Below are positions 61,730-64,000 of a stretch of 64,000 nt of DNA, in pieces. Source of the stretch: Mustelus asterias (taxonomy: Eukaryota); NCBI RefSeq assembly GCF_964213995.1, contig NC_135807.1, positions 137,392,001-137,456,000 on the forward strand, read 5' to 3'. Position 1 is the first letter of the stretch. Every line of letters begins with the position of its first letter. The notes below the pieces were generated by a model. That model saw only the letters and a program-made list of their open reading frames with translations. It was not told where the DNA came from and made no database searches. The translations under genes and the position numbers were made by a program.

Positions 61730-64000
61730 CCCCCCCCCGCCGCCCCTCCCCCCTGACCCGCCCGTCCCCCCCGGACCTGTTCCCCCCTCAACCCCCCCCC
61801 GCGCGGAGCTGTGTTCCGCCCCCCTCCCCCCTCCCCCGTCCCCCCTCCCCCCTCCCCCACCAGAACCATTCTCTTCCCCTCCCCCTCCCTCCGGACCCAT
61901 TCCCCTTCCCCCGCCCCCCCCTCCCGGACCAGTTCCCTCCCTCCCCCCCCCGGACCCACCTTCTCCCCCCCCCCCCCCCCCCCCCCCGGACCCGTTTCCC
62001 CCCTTCCCCCCCCGGACCCGTTTCCCCCCTTCCTCCCTTCCCCTCCCCCGCCCCCCAGGACCCGTTCCCCCCTTTTCCCCTTCTCCCCCCTCCCCCCCCG
62101 GACCCGTTCCCCCCTCCCCCCCTGGACCCGTTCCCCCCTCCCCCCACTGGACCCGTTCCCCCCCTCCCCCCCCCCCCCTGGACCCGTCTCCCCCCTCCCC
62201 CCCCCCCCCCCCCCCCCCCCCGGACCCGTTCCCCCCTCCAGCCTCTCCCCCCCCCCCCCCCCCGAACCCTCTTCTCCCCCCCCCCCCCCCCCCCCCCGGA
62301 CCCATTCCCCCCCTCCACCGTCGGACCCGTTCCCCCCACTCTGCCCCCCTTCTCCCGGACCCATTCTCTCCCCGCCCCCTCCCCCGGGACCCGTTTCCCC
62401 TTCCCCGCCGCACCCGTTCTCCCACCCCCCTCCCCTCCTTCTCGGACCCGTCCCCCCTCCCACCCCCGGAACCGTTCTCTCCCCCCCAGCCCCGGCCCCC
62501 CCCCCCCCCCCCCCCCGGACCCGTTCCCCCCCCCCCCGGACCCGTTCCCCCCCCCCCGGACCCGTTCCCCCCCCCCCCGGACCCGTTCCCCCCCCCCCGG
62601 ACCCGTTCCCCCCCCCCCCGGACCCGTTCCCCCCCCCCCGGACCCGTTCCCCCCCCCCCGGACCCGTTCCCCCCCCCCGGACCCGTTCCCCCCCCCCCCG
62701 GACCCGTTCCCCCCCCCCCGGGCCCGTTCCCCCCCCCCCGGACCCGTTCCCCCCCCCCCCCCCCCCCGGACCCGTTCCCCCCCCCCCCCCCCGGACCCGT
62801 TCCCCCCCCCCCCCCCGGACCCGTTCCCCCCCCCCCCCCCGGACCCGTTCCCCCCCCCCCCCCCCCCCGACCCGTTCCCCCCCCCCCCGACCCGTTCCCC
62901 CCCCCCCGACCCGTTCCCCCCCCCCGACCCGTTCCCCCCCCCCCCCGACCCGTTCCCCCCCCCCCCCGACCCGTTCCCCCCCCCCCCGACCCGTTCCCCC
63001 CCCCCCCGACCCGTTCCCCCCCCCCCCCCCCCGACCCGTTCCCCCCCCCCCCCCGACCCGTTCCCCCCCCCCCCCCCCGACCCGTTCCCCCCCCCCCCGA
63101 CCCGTTCCCCCCCCCCCCCCCGACCCGTTCCCCCCCCCCCCCCCCCCCGACCCGTTTCCCCCCCCCCCCCCCCGGACCCGTTTCCCCCCCCCCACCGACC
63201 CGTTCCCCCCCCCCCACCGACCCGTTCCCCCCCCCCACCGACCCGTTCCCCCCCCCCCCACCGACCCGTTCCCCCCCCCCCACCGACCCGTTCTCCCCCC
63301 CCCCACCGACCCGTTCTCCCCCCCCCCCACCGACCCGTTCCCCCCCCCCCACCGACCCGTTCCCCCCCCCCACCGACCAGTTCCCCCCCCCCCCCCACCG
63401 ACCCGTTCCCCCCCCCCCACCGACCCGTTCCCCCCCCCCCACCGACCCGTTCCCCCCCCCCCACCGACCCGTTCCCCCCCCCCCACCGACCCGTTCCCCC
63501 CCCCCCTTTCTCCCCCCCCCCCCCCCCACCGACCCGTTCCCCCCCCCCCACCGACCCGTTCCCCCCCCCCCACCGACCCGTTCTCCCCCCCCCCACCGAC
63601 CCGTTCTCCCCCCCCCCCACCGACCCGTTCCCCCCCCCCCACCGACCCGTTCCCCCCCCCCACCGACCAGTTCCCCCCCCCCCCCCACCGACCCGTTCCC
63701 CCCCCCCCACCGACCCGTTCCCCCCCCCCCACCGACCCGTTCCCCCCCCCCCACCGACCCGTTCCCCCCCCCCCTTTCTCCCCCCCCCCCCCCCACCGAC
63801 CCGTTCCCCCCCCCCCACCGACCCGTTCCCCCCCCCCCACCGACCCGTTCCCCCCCCCCCACCGACCCGTTCCCCCCCCCCCACCGACCCGTTCCCCCCC
63901 CCCCACCGACCCGTTCCCCCCCCCCCACCGACCCGTTCCCCCCCCCCCACCGACCCGTTCCCCCCCCCCCACCGACCCGTTCCCCCCCCCCACCGACCCG
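61730..64000. repeat. Poly-C-spaced tandem repeat (GGACCCGTT / GACCCGTT / ACCGACCCGTT followed by C7-C20), running off the window
   Basis: Directly visible; homopolymer lengths may be unreliable. Confidence 0.95.

Noticed and set aside
59254-63993. Very long ORFs (326-1269 aa) on both strands
   Set aside because: They are translations of stop-poor tandem repeats (Gly/Arg/Pro-rich), open in several frames, mostly with non-ATG starts.

Overview
Repeat-dense vertebrate genomic DNA, most likely from a shark. This is inferred from HE1-like V-SINEs, SacSINE1-like DeuSINEs and CR1/HER1-like LINEs, all recognised from memory with no database search. Only one host coding sequence is supported: the single coding exon of POMGNT2 on the minus strand (19442-21175). 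Its likely 5' UTR architecture lies to the right: an acceptor at 21268, a candidate internal exon at 32182-32339, and candidate first exons/promoters near 39.9-40.3 kb and 59.4 kb. A CpG island at 58.8-59.5 kb appears to hold two overlapping, oppositely oriented first exons, followed by 4.5 kb of C-rich tandem repeats. Most of the rest is layered transposon debris: CR1, L2, Rex1/Babar, Penelope-like elements (PLE), SINEs and MITEs. The most notable signals are: (1) many minimal hammerhead ribozyme motifs in PLE pseudo-LTRs, including short TSD-flanked hairpin insertions whose breakpoints cluster at the ribozyme; (2) an endonuclease-encoding LINE with a tRNA-like 5' head and a SINE built from its two ends; (3) V-SINEs with two alternative LINE tails; (4) the overlapping promoter, RFX X-box and possible in-frame uORF at 59 kb. 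Nearly all other ORFs in the supplied track are repeat-derived or chance.
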